Below, in pieces: positions 8,589-18,158 of a DNA stretch of 64,000 nucleotides. Source of the DNA: an uncultured Acidobacteriota bacterium (GTDB lineage Bacteria > Acidobacteriota > Thermoanaerobaculia > Multivoradales > JAHEKO01); assembly GCA_963713825.1 (NCBI GenBank), contig CAVQNG010000025.1, forward strand, positions 256,001-320,000, given 5' to 3'. The notes beneath the pieces are model-generated. The model worked only from the letters and a program-made list of their open reading frames with translations, had not been told where the DNA came from and searched no databases. Positions within the stretch are counted from its first letter, which is position 1, and the number at the start of each line of letters is the position of its first letter. The translations under genes and the position numbers were made by a program.

Positions 8589-9874
8589 GCTCGAGCGGCA
8601 ACACGAACAAGCGGGTGGTCGGGTCGTGGGCACTCTACGACTTCGCCAACTCTCCCTTTACGACACTGGTGGTGACCTTCATCTACGCCGCTTACTTCAC
8701 CCAGGCCATCGCTCCGGACCCGATTCATGGCACAGCGCTGTGGTCTCGGGGAGTGACGGCTACGGCGATCATGGTCGCTCTCCTGTCGCCGATTCTGGGC
8801 GCACTGGCCGATCGAGGCGGATACAGGAAGGCGTTCCTGATCCTGGCGACTGGAGTCTGTATCTTTGGAACTGTGGCTCTCTATTGGGCCCTGCCTGGAC
8901 AGACGCTGAGGGCTCTGACGTGGTTCGTGGTCGCCAATGTCAGTTTCGAGATGGGCATGGTGTTCTACAACGCCTTCCTGCCGGACATCGCTCCACCCGA
9001 GCGCATCGGGAGAATCTCTGGTTTCGGCTGGGGAATGGGGTACGTCGGCGGGTTGATTGCGCTGGCCGTCGCCCTGTTCACGCTGGTCGGGCCAGAGGTC
9101 CCCTGGTTCGGCTTCTCCAAGGAGGCGGGAGAGAACATCCGAGCCACCAATCTCCTGGTGGCCATCTGGTTCGCGGCCTTCAGCCTGCCGATGTTCTTCT
9201 GGGTCAAAGAGGACCGCTCACAGGTCAGTGCTCCGGGGCAGATTCTGGCTCAAACGTGGCGTCAACTCGCCACGACGTTCAAGGAGATTCGTGACTACAA
9301 GCAGATTGTCCGATTCCTCCTGGCGCGTTTGCTCTACAACGATGGCCTGGTGACGGTGTTCGCGTTCGGCGGGATCTATGCCGCCGGGACCTTCGGATTC
9401 GACATGGAGGACATGCTCATCTTCGGCATCGTTCTCAACGTGACAGCCGGCTTGGGTGCCTTCTGCCTGGGCTTCTTGGACGACTTGCTCGGCGGCAAGA
9501 AGACTCTGCAGATCTCCGTTATCGGACTCATAGTCGCCACGATCGTGGCGGTGTGGGCTCCGACGCGCGCCTGGTTCTGGGTGGCGGGAATCCTGCTCGG
9601 AATCTTCGCTGGGCCCAATCAATCGGCGAGCCGCTCCCTGATGGGCCGCTTCGTCCCGCCGGACAAGGAGAACGAGTTCTTCGGCTTCTTCGCTTTTTCA
9701 GGCAAGTTCACCGCTTTTATAGGGCCATTTCTGTTGGGTGTCTTGACACAGGCCTTCAACAGTCAACGGGCTGGAATCGCCGTGGTTCTGGTGCTGTTCG
9801 TGTTGGGCCTGGCGCTGCTGGCCAGTGTCGATGAAGAGGAGGGCGTGGCGGCGGCGGGCCGCGGCGAGGTGTAG
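8585..9874 (+). CDS. MFS transporter, UMF1/YxiO-like
   Basis: GTG start overlapping the cupin stop. SWALYDFANS, about 12 TM helices, FYNAFLP, SASRSLM, EFFGFF. Confidence 0.9.
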   Translation: MSSSGNTNKRVVGSWALYDFANSPFTTLVVTFIYAAYFTQAIAPDPIHGTALWSRGVTATAIMVALLSPILGALADRGGYRKAFLILATGVCIFGTVALYWALPGQTLRALTWFVVANVSFEMGMVFYNAFLPDIAPPERIGRISGFGWGMGYVGGLIALAVALFTLVGPEVPWFGFSKEAGENIRATNLLVAIWFAAFSLPMFFWVKEDRSQVSAPGQILAQTWRQLATTFKEIRDYKQIVRFLLARLLYNDGLVTVFAFGGIYAAGTFGFDMEDMLIFGIVLNVTAGLGAFCLGFLDDLLGGKKTLQISVIGLIVATIVAVWAPTRAWFWVAGILLGIFAGPNQSASRSLMGRFVPPDKENEFFGFFAFSGKFTAFIGPFLLGVLTQAFNSQRAGIAVVLVLFVLGLALLASVDEEEGVAAAGRGEV

Positions 9875-9876
9875 AG

Positions 9877-11199
9877 ATGTGGCTGCTACCCGTGTTTTCG
9901 GGTATCTGCGACACCGCAGTGCGTTTGTTCTACCGCTTCGAAGTCAAGGGTCCAGCCCCACCTCGCACCGGGCCGCTTCTGCTGTTGGCCAACCATCCCA
10001 ACTCCCTGGTGGACCCGGCCTTGGTGACGGCGGCGGCAGGCCGGCCGGTCCGCTTTCTGGCCAAGGCGCCGCTCTTCACCCATCCTCTGGTGGGTTGGTT
10101 GGTGCGGGGGTCCGGGGCGATTCCCGTCTACCGCCGCAGCGACGATCCTGCGCTGGCGCCGCGCAACGAAGAGATGTTTGCTGCGGTTCTCGCGGCACTC
10201 TCCCAGGCTGCTGCGATCGGCATTTTTCCCGAAGGGATCAGTCACAGCCAGCCGTCGTTGGCGGATCTGAAGACCGGTAGCGCCCGCATCGCCCTGAGCC
10301 ATCCGGCACCTCAAAGTGATCCACTCACCCTGATTCCGATGGGACTACTGCTCCGAGACAAAGGCCGTTTCCGCTCGGCAGCGATCGTGGTGCGCGGAGA
10401 GTCGATTGCCTGGAAAGACCTCGCAAGCCGCGGCGCGGAAGATGTCGAAGTGGTCCGGGAGCTGACGGGAAGAATCGACGAAGGCCTGAGGCAAGTGACC
10501 CTCAACCTGGAATCCTGGGAGGATCAGCCCCTGGTCGAGGGAGCTCAGGCCATCTGGGCCGCGGAGAGCCGAGCCCATTCCGACGAGGCGGAGACTCTGA
10601 AGAGGATTCAGGTGAGTGCCTCCATTCTGAGCCAGATGAGGAGCGAAGAGGACCCGAAGGCGATGGCTCTGGCAAGCGAGGTGGCGGCTCACTGTCGACG
10701 CCTGGATCGGCTGGGGATGGAGCCGGGCGACCTTGCGGCCAAGGTCGACCTGACAAGTGCCCTGCGATGGGCCGCCAGCCGCTTGGTATGGCTGGGACCG
10801 CCAGCGGCACTGCTGGCTGTGACGGGTCTTGTCCTCTACTGGATTCCCTTCCAGGTCACGGGCCTCGTTACCCGGCTGGCCGAGCCGCCGGCGACGCAGC
10901 GTTCGACGTATCAGATCCTCATCGGAGCTGTTGTCTACGCGCTGTGGATTCTGTTGGTCTCCGTGGCGACCGGGCACTGGTTCGGCATCCGGTGGGGACT
11001 TCTGGCCCTGGTTTTGCAGCCTGGAATCGGCATCGCGGGCCTGTGGATTCGAGAGCGTTGGCGGGGCTACTGGAGCGATATGAGGCGGTTCTTTCTGATG
11101 CGCTCACGCCTGCATCTGATTCAGCAGCTTCAAGGGAGACAAGAGGCCCTGGCTGCCAGGCTGGACAGTCTTGTCGAGCGCTGGCGACGGCATCTGTAA
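9877..11199 (+). CDS. Lysophospholipid/glycerol-3-phosphate acyltransferase family protein
   Basis: HX4D motif NHPNSLVD, FLAK, IFPEG, C-terminal TM helices. Confidence 0.88.
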   Translation: MWLLPVFSGICDTAVRLFYRFEVKGPAPPRTGPLLLLANHPNSLVDPALVTAAAGRPVRFLAKAPLFTHPLVGWLVRGSGAIPVYRRSDDPALAPRNEEMFAAVLAALSQAAAIGIFPEGISHSQPSLADLKTGSARIALSHPAPQSDPLTLIPMGLLLRDKGRFRSAAIVVRGESIAWKDLASRGAEDVEVVRELTGRIDEGLRQVTLNLESWEDQPLVEGAQAIWAAESRAHSDEAETLKRIQVSASILSQMRSEEDPKAMALASEVAAHCRRLDRLGMEPGDLAAKVDLTSALRWAASRLVWLGPPAALLAVTGLVLYWIPFQVTGLVTRLAEPPATQRSTYQILIGAVVYALWILLVSVATGHWFGIRWGLLALVLQPGIGIAGLWIRERWRGYWSDMRRFFLMRSRLHLIQQLQGRQEALAARLDSLVERWRRHL

Positions 11200-11218
11200 C
11201 AGAACCGTGAAGCGAAGT

Positions 11219-12187
11219 TCAGGTCTGCCAGGGTAGGCGGTCGAGGTCCACGTTGCCGCCGGACAGGATCACGCCGACTCTCTGACCTCGAACTTCGAGG
11301 TTGCCATTGAGTAGCGCCGCCACTGGTACCGCCGAGGAAGGCTCGATAAGGATCTTCATCCTCTCCCAGACGGCTCGCATGGCCTCGACGATGGCGGCCT
11401 CATCGACGGTGACAATTCGCTCGACGTGGTCTCGAATGATCGCAAACGTGAGCTCGCCCAATGAGGTCAACAGTCCGTCAGCGATCGTGGCGGGAGGGAC
11501 TGCGGGGAGAATTCGGCCCGCCGCCAGAGATCTGGCCGCGTCATCGGCCGCCGCCGGCTCGGTACCCACGACCCGTGTAGCGGGTGAATAGTGGTGCGCC
11601 GCCAGCGCGCAGCCACTCAAGAGGCCGCCACCTCCGACGGGCGCCAGGATGACCTCCAGGTCCGTCACGTCCTCGAGGAGCTCCTGGGCTGCCGTGCTCT
11701 GTCCGGCAACAATGCGCGAGTCGTTGAAAGGGTGGATCAGGCAAGCTCCGGTCGTCTCGACGATTCGAGCTGTCTCACCCTCGCGGGACTCCTGGGTCGG
11801 TTGGCACAGGACGACCTCGGCCCCGTAGTCTCTGACTGCCGCCACCTTGATTGCCGTGGCGTTCTCCGGCATGACGATGGTGGCACGGGTGCCGCGAAGG
11901 CGGGCAGCCAGCGCCAGCGCCTGGGCGTGATTGCCCGATGAGTGGGCGACCACGCCGCGCTCGAGCTCTTGCGGCGAGAGGGAAAACACAGCATTGCAGG
12001 CTCCACGGAACTTGAAGGCCCCGACCTTCTGGAAGTTCTCGCACTTGAAGAAGAGCTCTGCACCGGTGAGATGGTCGAAGTGGGCCGAGGTCAGGACCGG
12101 TGTTCTGTGCGCGTACCGCTCGATGCGAGCCCGGGCTGCGGTCAGCTCTGGTAGGCCAGGGCGAGTGAGAATCGAGGACGTTTCCAT
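11219..12187 (-). CDS. PLP-dependent serine/threonine dehydratase or serine racemase family enzyme
   Basis: KCENFQKVGAFKFRGA (PLP Lys), SSGNHAQ, PVGGGGL, EPSSA, LSGGNVD. Confidence 0.92.
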   Translation of the reverse strand: METSSILTRPGLPELTAARARIERYAHRTPVLTSAHFDHLTGAELFFKCENFQKVGAFKFRGACNAVFSLSPQELERGVVAHSSGNHAQALALAARLRGTRATIVMPENATAIKVAAVRDYGAEVVLCQPTQESREGETARIVETTGACLIHPFNDSRIVAGQSTAAQELLEDVTDLEVILAPVGGGGLLSGCALAAHHYSPATRVVGTEPAAADDAARSLAAGRILPAVPPATIADGLLTSLGELTFAIIRDHVERIVTVDEAAIVEAMRAVWERMKILIEPSSAVPVAALLNGNLEVRGQRVGVILSGGNVDLDRLPWQT

Positions 12188-12292
12188 GGCTTCTTCGAGC
12201 GCTGTTGGTCAGCGATGAAGCGGAGCGTAGCATAGGCACCTGACCCTTGATTCTTGGCAGTCGCACCAGATCGGACTACACTCGTTGGCGCA

Positions 12293-13285
12293 ATGAGCCA
12301 GCTGCACAGAGTAGGCCGTGAAGACCGCGAGAAGCGCGAGCGGGAGTTGTTGTCGCCGGCAGCCACTCGATCGGCGGACAGTCGTGGTCGTGAACAGCCA
12401 GAAGAGCCCGATGCCTACCGCACCTGTTTCGAGAGAGATCGCGATCGGATCCTCTACTCGAAGGCGTTTCGGCGCTTGAAGCACAAGACCCAGGTGTTTA
12501 TCAACCCGGAAGGTGATCACGTCGTGACACGGCTGAGCCATACCCTACAGGTGGCTCAGATCGGTCGCGCTCTAGCCCAGGCATTGGGGTTGAACGAACC
12601 GCTGGTGGAAGCGGTTTGTCTGGGGCATGAGGTGGGCCATCCGCCTTTCGGCCACAATGGCGAGGTGGCCTTGAGCCCCTATGTCGAGGGCGAGTGGCTC
12701 CATTCCGAGCAGAGCGTCAGGGTCTTCGAAGTGCTGGAGCCTCTCAACTTGACGTGGGAGGTCATCGACGGGATACGTGCCCACACCTGGAAGGTGAATC
12801 CGCCGCCAGCCACTCAAGAAGGCATGATCCTGCGGTTCGCAGACCGCATCGCCTATCTCGTGCACGATATGCAAGACGCGATTCGGGCCGAAATCCTGAC
12901 ACTGGCAGACCTGCCTGGGGACAGCCTGGAGGTCTTCGGGGAGCCAGGCAGCGAGTGGGTCAAACGCATGATCCGGGCCGTGATCGAGGAGTCTCTGGAG
13001 CGCGGCGAGGTCGCGATGAGGCCCGACATGCTCGCGGCGATGCACCGTTTTCGCGAGTTCATGTATGAGAATGTCTACCTGCGTCCAGAATCGCAGAAGC
13101 AGGCGGAAAAGGCTGTGCGGATCTTGAGGGATCTGGTGGACCACTACCTCGAGAACGCGGACGAGATGCCCGAGACCTATCGCCAGCGCCAGGAGCCTTT
13201 GGTGAATCAGGTGATCGACGTTGTAGCGGGCATGACCGACCGATATGCTCTCAGGGTTCACGACCAAATCTATCGACCCTTTTGA
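12293..13285 (+). CDS. dgt: Deoxyguanosinetriphosphate triphosphohydrolase-like HD-domain protein
   Basis: RTCFERDRDRI, FRRLKHKTQVF, TRLSHT, GHEVGHPPFGHNGE (HE in place of HD), ADRIAY..HD, AGMTD. Confidence 0.85.
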   Translation: MSQLHRVGREDREKRERELLSPAATRSADSRGREQPEEPDAYRTCFERDRDRILYSKAFRRLKHKTQVFINPEGDHVVTRLSHTLQVAQIGRALAQALGLNEPLVEAVCLGHEVGHPPFGHNGEVALSPYVEGEWLHSEQSVRVFEVLEPLNLTWEVIDGIRAHTWKVNPPPATQEGMILRFADRIAYLVHDMQDAIRAEILTLADLPGDSLEVFGEPGSEWVKRMIRAVIEESLERGEVAMRPDMLAAMHRFREFMYENVYLRPESQKQAEKAVRILRDLVDHYLENADEMPETYRQRQEPLVNQVIDVVAGMTDRYALRVHDQIYRPF

Positions 13286-13318
13286 CCTCGACAGAGTGAC
13301 GACGAGATTCTCCGGCCG

Positions 13319-14704
13319 ATGACCGAGACCAGCAAGAGGGTCGTATGGGGTGCCCGGATCGGTTGGCTGATGCTCGTCCTGGTGTTTGTGGTCTTTGTCT
13401 GGGGCATGAATCGACGCTCGAGGCTCGAAGCCACGGGGGCAAACGTCATCCGCATGCTGTTCGTTCCCTCGGTCGAGCAAGGGACCCTGGTCGAGAGAGG
13501 CGACGAGTTGGCGCGCTTCATTCGTCGCGACAGCGGCTTGATTCTGCGCTCCGAAGTTCCAACCAGCTACGCGGCCGTCATTCAGGCTTTGGGTTCTGGG
13601 CAAGCCGACGTGGCCTGGATGCCGGCCTTTGCGTATGTGATCGCCCACGCTCGCTACGGTGCCGAGGCCAAGTTGCAGGTCGTTCGGTCGTTGGAGAGAT
13701 TCGCGGTCGTGGTGACTCGCAACAGTGGCGGCGAACCGACATCGCTTTCAGAGCTGACTGGGAAGCGGGTGGCGTTTCCGCGCTCGATGCACCCCGATCT
13801 GGCGTCTGGCTTGCGCTCGAGATTGACTGCAGAGGCTCCAGATTGGGTGGAGGTCCCGGTCGAGGAGGACGCCGATGCGGTGGAGCGGGTGGTCTCTTCG
13901 CCTGCCACGGCCGATGCGGCGGCGAGCTCGTTCGTTCACTCTGGGCCCTTCGACTTCGTTGGCGACGGTCGTAAGGAGCTCGAGTATCGGCGACCTGGGA
14001 CCCTCGAGCAGACACGGATCATCTTCACGACCGAGGAGCCGGTAGCGGAGAACGTCAGGGTCTACCATGGTTGCGTCTATGCCCGCACCGACTCGGGGGT
14101 CCGTCAGTTGCGGGATCTGACCGGTCAGACTTTCGCTTTCTCCGACGAGACCTCGACCTCGGGCCACATCTTCCCCCGCCTGCTCCTCGAGCGCGACGGC
14201 GTGTCTCTGGGTAGGGTCTACTACGCTGGCGGCCATCCGAATGTCGTGCAGGCCGTCTGGGATGGCAAAGCGCTGGGCGGCTCTGCCTTCTATTCACCTC
14301 CCAGTCCGCAGCAACGTGCCGAAGGGCTCTTCGTCGGTGATGCCCGCTATCTGCTGATGAAGCGCATGCCAGAACCCGAGCGCCGCGACGCATTTCTCGA
14401 AGAGGTGAGGGTACTGCGGAAGACGGATCCGATTCCCAACGACCTGTGCGCTGTTCGCAGAGGTTTCCCGGAGCAGGTCTGGGAGCGCTTCGCTGAGTCG
14501 CTCGCCCGATACCTCGATACGGACGAAGGAAAGGAGACACTCTTCGACCTGCTGGCTGGAGTCGCCGCCGAGCCGACCGACGATGCGGCGTTCGACGGCT
14601 TTCGAGAGGCCCTGGCCCTGTCTGGGATGAGTGCAGACAGCCTGCTGGCCGCCGAGGAAGAGAAACTGGAGCAGCGGCAGCAAGAGCCCGGAGGTGACTC
14701 ATGA
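13319..14704 (+). CDS. phnD: Phosphate/phosphite/phosphonate ABC transporter substrate-binding protein, PhnD-like, elongated
   Basis: FVPS, TSYAAVIQAL, FAFSDETSTSGH, GGHPNVV, DPIPND. Adjacent to phnC and phnE. Confidence 0.8.
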   Translation: MTETSKRVVWGARIGWLMLVLVFVVFVWGMNRRSRLEATGANVIRMLFVPSVEQGTLVERGDELARFIRRDSGLILRSEVPTSYAAVIQALGSGQADVAWMPAFAYVIAHARYGAEAKLQVVRSLERFAVVVTRNSGGEPTSLSELTGKRVAFPRSMHPDLASGLRSRLTAEAPDWVEVPVEEDADAVERVVSSPATADAAASSFVHSGPFDFVGDGRKELEYRRPGTLEQTRIIFTTEEPVAENVRVYHGCVYARTDSGVRQLRDLTGQTFAFSDETSTSGHIFPRLLLERDGVSLGRVYYAGGHPNVVQAVWDGKALGGSAFYSPPSPQQRAEGLFVGDARYLLMKRMPEPERRDAFLEEVRVLRKTDPIPNDLCAVRRGFPEQVWERFAESLARYLDTDEGKETLFDLLAGVAAEPTDDAAFDGFREALALSGMSADSLLAAEEEKLEQRQQEPGGDS

Positions 14705-15474
14705 CCGAAGCCGTGCGCGTCGAGGGCCTCAGCAAGGTCTTCCCGAATGGGGTGAGGGCTCTTTCCGGCGTCGACCTATCGGTTCGTCAGGGGGAGTTCC
14801 TGGTCATCATCGGGCTGTCGGGGTCTGGAAAGTCGACGCTGCTGCGCTGTCTCAATCGCCTGATCGACCCGTCCGAGGGGCGGGTGTGGATCTTCGGTGA
14901 TGAGATCACTGCGACCGAAGGATCCGACCTGCGTGCGATGCGGTCGGAAATGGCGATGATCTTCCAGCAGTTCAACCTCGTCAAGCGACATACGGTGATC
15001 ACCAATGTGCTGTCGGGCTCCCTGGGACGTAGCCCACTCTTGAACAGTCTCCTTCTGCGGTTCTCAGATGAGGAGAGAGCTCAAGCCCAGGCCTATCTCG
15101 AGCGGGTCGGTCTGGGAGATCGCGGCGGCAGCCGGGCGGATGCCCTGTCGGGTGGACAACAGCAGCGCGTCGCGATCGCTCGAGCGTTGATGCAGAAGCC
15201 ACGACTCGTTCTTGCAGACGAGCCGGTGGCCTCGTTGGATCCGGCGCTGCGCCACTCCGTCATGCGGCACATCGAAGCGTTGAATCGTGAAGAGGGGATG
15301 ACCGTCGTCTGTACCCTCCACGACATCGACCTCATCGAGCGCTACGCGACGCGGGTTGTAGCGCTGCGAGATGGTCAACTGGTCTACGAAGGAGAGCCCA
15401 CCAGTTTCGACGCGGTCACTTTCCGTCAGATCTACGGCGAAGATGCAGTCATGGCAGGCTCAACAGTCGACTGA
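14701..15474 (+). CDS. phnC: Phosphonate ABC transporter ATP-binding protein
   Basis: GLSGSGKST, MIFQQFNLV, LSGGQQQRVAIARAL, LADEPVASLDP. Confidence 0.92.
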   Translation: MTEAVRVEGLSKVFPNGVRALSGVDLSVRQGEFLVIIGLSGSGKSTLLRCLNRLIDPSEGRVWIFGDEITATEGSDLRAMRSEMAMIFQQFNLVKRHTVITNVLSGSLGRSPLLNSLLLRFSDEERAQAQAYLERVGLGDRGGSRADALSGGQQQRVAIARALMQKPRLVLADEPVASLDPALRHSVMRHIEALNREEGMTVVCTLHDIDLIERYATRVVALRDGQLVYEGEPTSFDAVTFRQIYGEDAVMAGSTVD

Positions 15475-15484
15475 GGCGACGATC

Positions 15485-16582
15485 GTGGAAATCTCAGCCG
15501 AGTTACAGCGCCAGCAGCGCTCACTATGGCGTCATCGCCTGAGGCAGGTGCAGGCCTACTGCATCGACCTTCTGCTCCTGACGCTGATGCTGCTGATGGT
15601 GGAATTTCTCTTCGTAGCTTTTTCAGGTCGTCGTGGACCGACGGGTCTCCTCGTGACCCCTGAAGAGATCCTCGATCTACTGCACTACGGCTGGGCAGTC
15701 TCGGGCGGTGCCTTCCTGGCCCTCCTATGGGGTCTGGGCTCGAATGCGCTTGGCACCTCTCCCGGCCGCGCGCTGGTCCTCGGAGTCCCGGAGCGCGAAG
15801 GTCATCCTCCGTGGACCCACACGCTGCGCGGCTGGTTCATCGCCTTGATGGTCCAGCTGACGGTGTTTACCGGCTGGCTCATTACCGAGGTGCAGCTGGT
15901 AACCTTTCTGACCCAGTTCTCGAAGGCCTCCGACATCGTCCGCGGCTTGCTCCATCCGTCGAGCAGCGTTCTGCACCAGGGACTCGTGCTCCTGGTGCAG
16001 ACGATCTTCCTGGCCTTCATGGCCACGGCATTCGCAATTCCGGTGGCTTTCTGCCTGTCGTTTCTGGCGGCTCGCAATCTCACTCGCGACACGTTTCTCT
16101 TGCGCACCGCCTATACCGTGGTTCGGGCTGGTATGAACTTCACCCGCGCCGTCGAGCCACTGGTCTGGGCGCTCATCTTCATCTCGTGGGTCGGAATCGG
16201 GCCTTTCGCCGGTGTTCTGGCCCTCTGGGTTCATTCGATAGCAGCGCTGGTGAAGCTGTATTCCGAGCAGATCGAGAACATCGATCATGGGCCTGTCGAT
16301 GCGATCACGGCCACCGGCGCCTCCCACCTCCAGGTCCTGCGATACGGTGTTGTGCCACAGGTGATCCCGCCGTTTCTTTCCTTCACGATCTATCGATGGG
16401 ACATCAACGTGCGGATGTCGACGATCATCGGCTTCGTGGGTGGCGGTGGAATCGGTTACATCCTCAAGCCGAGAGTCGATCTGGGGCAATGGGGCGAGGT
16501 GGGAACCCTGGTCTTGCTGATTGCCGCCACCGTTTGGTGCATGGACATTCTCTCCGCCAAGATTCGCGAGCGCATCGTCTGA
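15485..16582 (+). CDS. phnE: Phosphonate ABC transporter permease with an N-terminal membrane extension
   Basis: Likely GTG start at 15485. GIGPFAGVLAL, KLYSEQIE, YRWDINVRMSTIIGFVGGGGIG. Confidence 0.88.
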   Translation: MEISAELQRQQRSLWRHRLRQVQAYCIDLLLLTLMLLMVEFLFVAFSGRRGPTGLLVTPEEILDLLHYGWAVSGGAFLALLWGLGSNALGTSPGRALVLGVPEREGHPPWTHTLRGWFIALMVQLTVFTGWLITEVQLVTFLTQFSKASDIVRGLLHPSSSVLHQGLVLLVQTIFLAFMATAFAIPVAFCLSFLAARNLTRDTFLLRTAYTVVRAGMNFTRAVEPLVWALIFISWVGIGPFAGVLALWVHSIAALVKLYSEQIENIDHGPVDAITATGASHLQVLRYGVVPQVIPPFLSFTIYRWDINVRMSTIIGFVGGGGIGYILKPRVDLGQWGEVGTLVLLIAATVWCMDILSAKIRERIV

Positions 16583-16682
16583 GCGGGCTCGGCGCGGTGC
16601 TTCCTGCGGTATCCTGCGCCAACAGTCGTCGGTTCTCGGGAGCGCCGAGGGCCGGCCGAAGACTTTTCTCCGAGGAGTTGTG

Positions 16683-18068
16683 ATGAGTTCCGAAGACCGC
16701 CGTGGACGTGGCAAACGATGGCTCTGGCTGACGATTCTGATCGCCGGAGGGGCCGCAGCACTAGTGACTTTCCGGGTTGGATCCCAACCCTCGATCCAGA
16801 TCGAGCCGCAGATGCCTGGCATCGGTCGAAGGACTCCGATTGCCGTCGAGATGACAGAGCCGAGCCGTGGTCTGGCCAGGGTCCAGGTCGAGTTCGTGCA
16901 AGGCGATCGTGCCGAGGTACTGGTAGAGCACGTCTACGAGACCAGGCCAGCTTGGAAGTTCTGGGGTCCGGCAAAGAAGCACGAGTCGATCTTGATTGAA
17001 GTGGGAAGCGAGACGATCGAGGGTCTCGCGACCGGTGAAGCAACGATTCGAGCCAGCGCCTGGCCGGCCAGTACCTGGTTGCGCCATCCTGACGCCCAGA
17101 TTCAGGAACTGGTCTTGCCAGTGCGTCTCACGCCGCCCGCCATCGGGCTCCGCTCTCGGCAGCACTATGTCGCTCAGGGCGGAGCTGGAGTCGTCGTCTA
17201 CTCGGTCGGTCCGTCGTCTATCGAAGATGGCGTCCGGGTCGGAGACTGGTGGTTCCCAGGATCCGCGCTTCCTGACAGCGCGGATGGTGGTCGATTCGCT
17301 CTTTTCGCGGTGCCGTTCGACCTCGAGGACCCGAACCAGCTGGTGGTGGAAGCGACCGACGATGTGGGCAACACCGGGACGGTGAGCTTCGTTGACCAGT
17401 ACTTCCCAAAACCCTTCAGACAGGACACCATCGAGGTCAGCGATAGCTTCATGGAGCGGGTGGTGCCCCCGATCATGGGGAACACCCCCGGGGTCGAGGA
17501 TCAGGGCAACCTTCTCGACAACTACCTTTGGGTCAATCGCGAACTCCGAAAACGCAACGCGGCTCAGCTCAAGGAGTTGGCCGATGCCTCCCGCCAGGAG
17601 TTCCTGTGGGAGACGCCGTTTGTCCCGATGTCGAACGCCCAGGTGATGTCCTCGTTCGCTGATCGAAGGACCTATCTTTACCAGGGCCGTGAAGTGGATC
17701 AGCAGGATCATCTCGGCTTCGACCTGGCATCCGTTCGACATGCCGACATCCAGGCCTCGAACAGCGGCCAGGTCGTTCTGGCGAGGTACTTCGGGATTTA
17801 CGGCAATGCCGTGGCGATCGATCATGGATACGGCCTGATGAGCCTGTACGGTCACTTGTCGTCGATCGCCGTCGAAGAGGGCCAGTCGGTCGAGCGCGGC
17901 CAGGTGTTGGGTCGCTCGGGCGAGACCGGATTGGCCGGTGGCGACCACCTTCACTTCACGCTTCTGGTCGGCGGGCAGCCTGTCAATCCGGTCGAATGGT
18001 GGGATAGCGCTTGGATTCGTGATCGCTTCGCGGCCAAGCTCGAGATGTCGTTCGAGTTCAAGCCCTGA
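16683..18068 (+). CDS. M23 family metallopeptidase (peptidoglycan endopeptidase-like)
   Basis: GAGGAG RBS, N-terminal TM helix, zinc motifs HLGFD and HLH, YGHLS. Confidence 0.9.
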   Translation: MSSEDRRGRGKRWLWLTILIAGGAAALVTFRVGSQPSIQIEPQMPGIGRRTPIAVEMTEPSRGLARVQVEFVQGDRAEVLVEHVYETRPAWKFWGPAKKHESILIEVGSETIEGLATGEATIRASAWPASTWLRHPDAQIQELVLPVRLTPPAIGLRSRQHYVAQGGAGVVVYSVGPSSIEDGVRVGDWWFPGSALPDSADGGRFALFAVPFDLEDPNQLVVEATDDVGNTGTVSFVDQYFPKPFRQDTIEVSDSFMERVVPPIMGNTPGVEDQGNLLDNYLWVNRELRKRNAAQLKELADASRQEFLWETPFVPMSNAQVMSSFADRRTYLYQGREVDQQDHLGFDLASVRHADIQASNSGQVVLARYFGIYGNAVAIDHGYGLMSLYGHLSSIAVEEGQSVERGQVLGRSGETGLAGGDHLHFTLLVGGQPVNPVEWWDSAWIRDRFAAKLEMSFEFKP

Positions 18069-18158
18069 GTCAGAGTCGCGTGCCCGTCTCGAGTAGGAGA
18101 TGTCCCCCTGCATGGTGGTGCAGATCGCGCTTCAGGTGGTGCGATAGGGTATGGCCAC

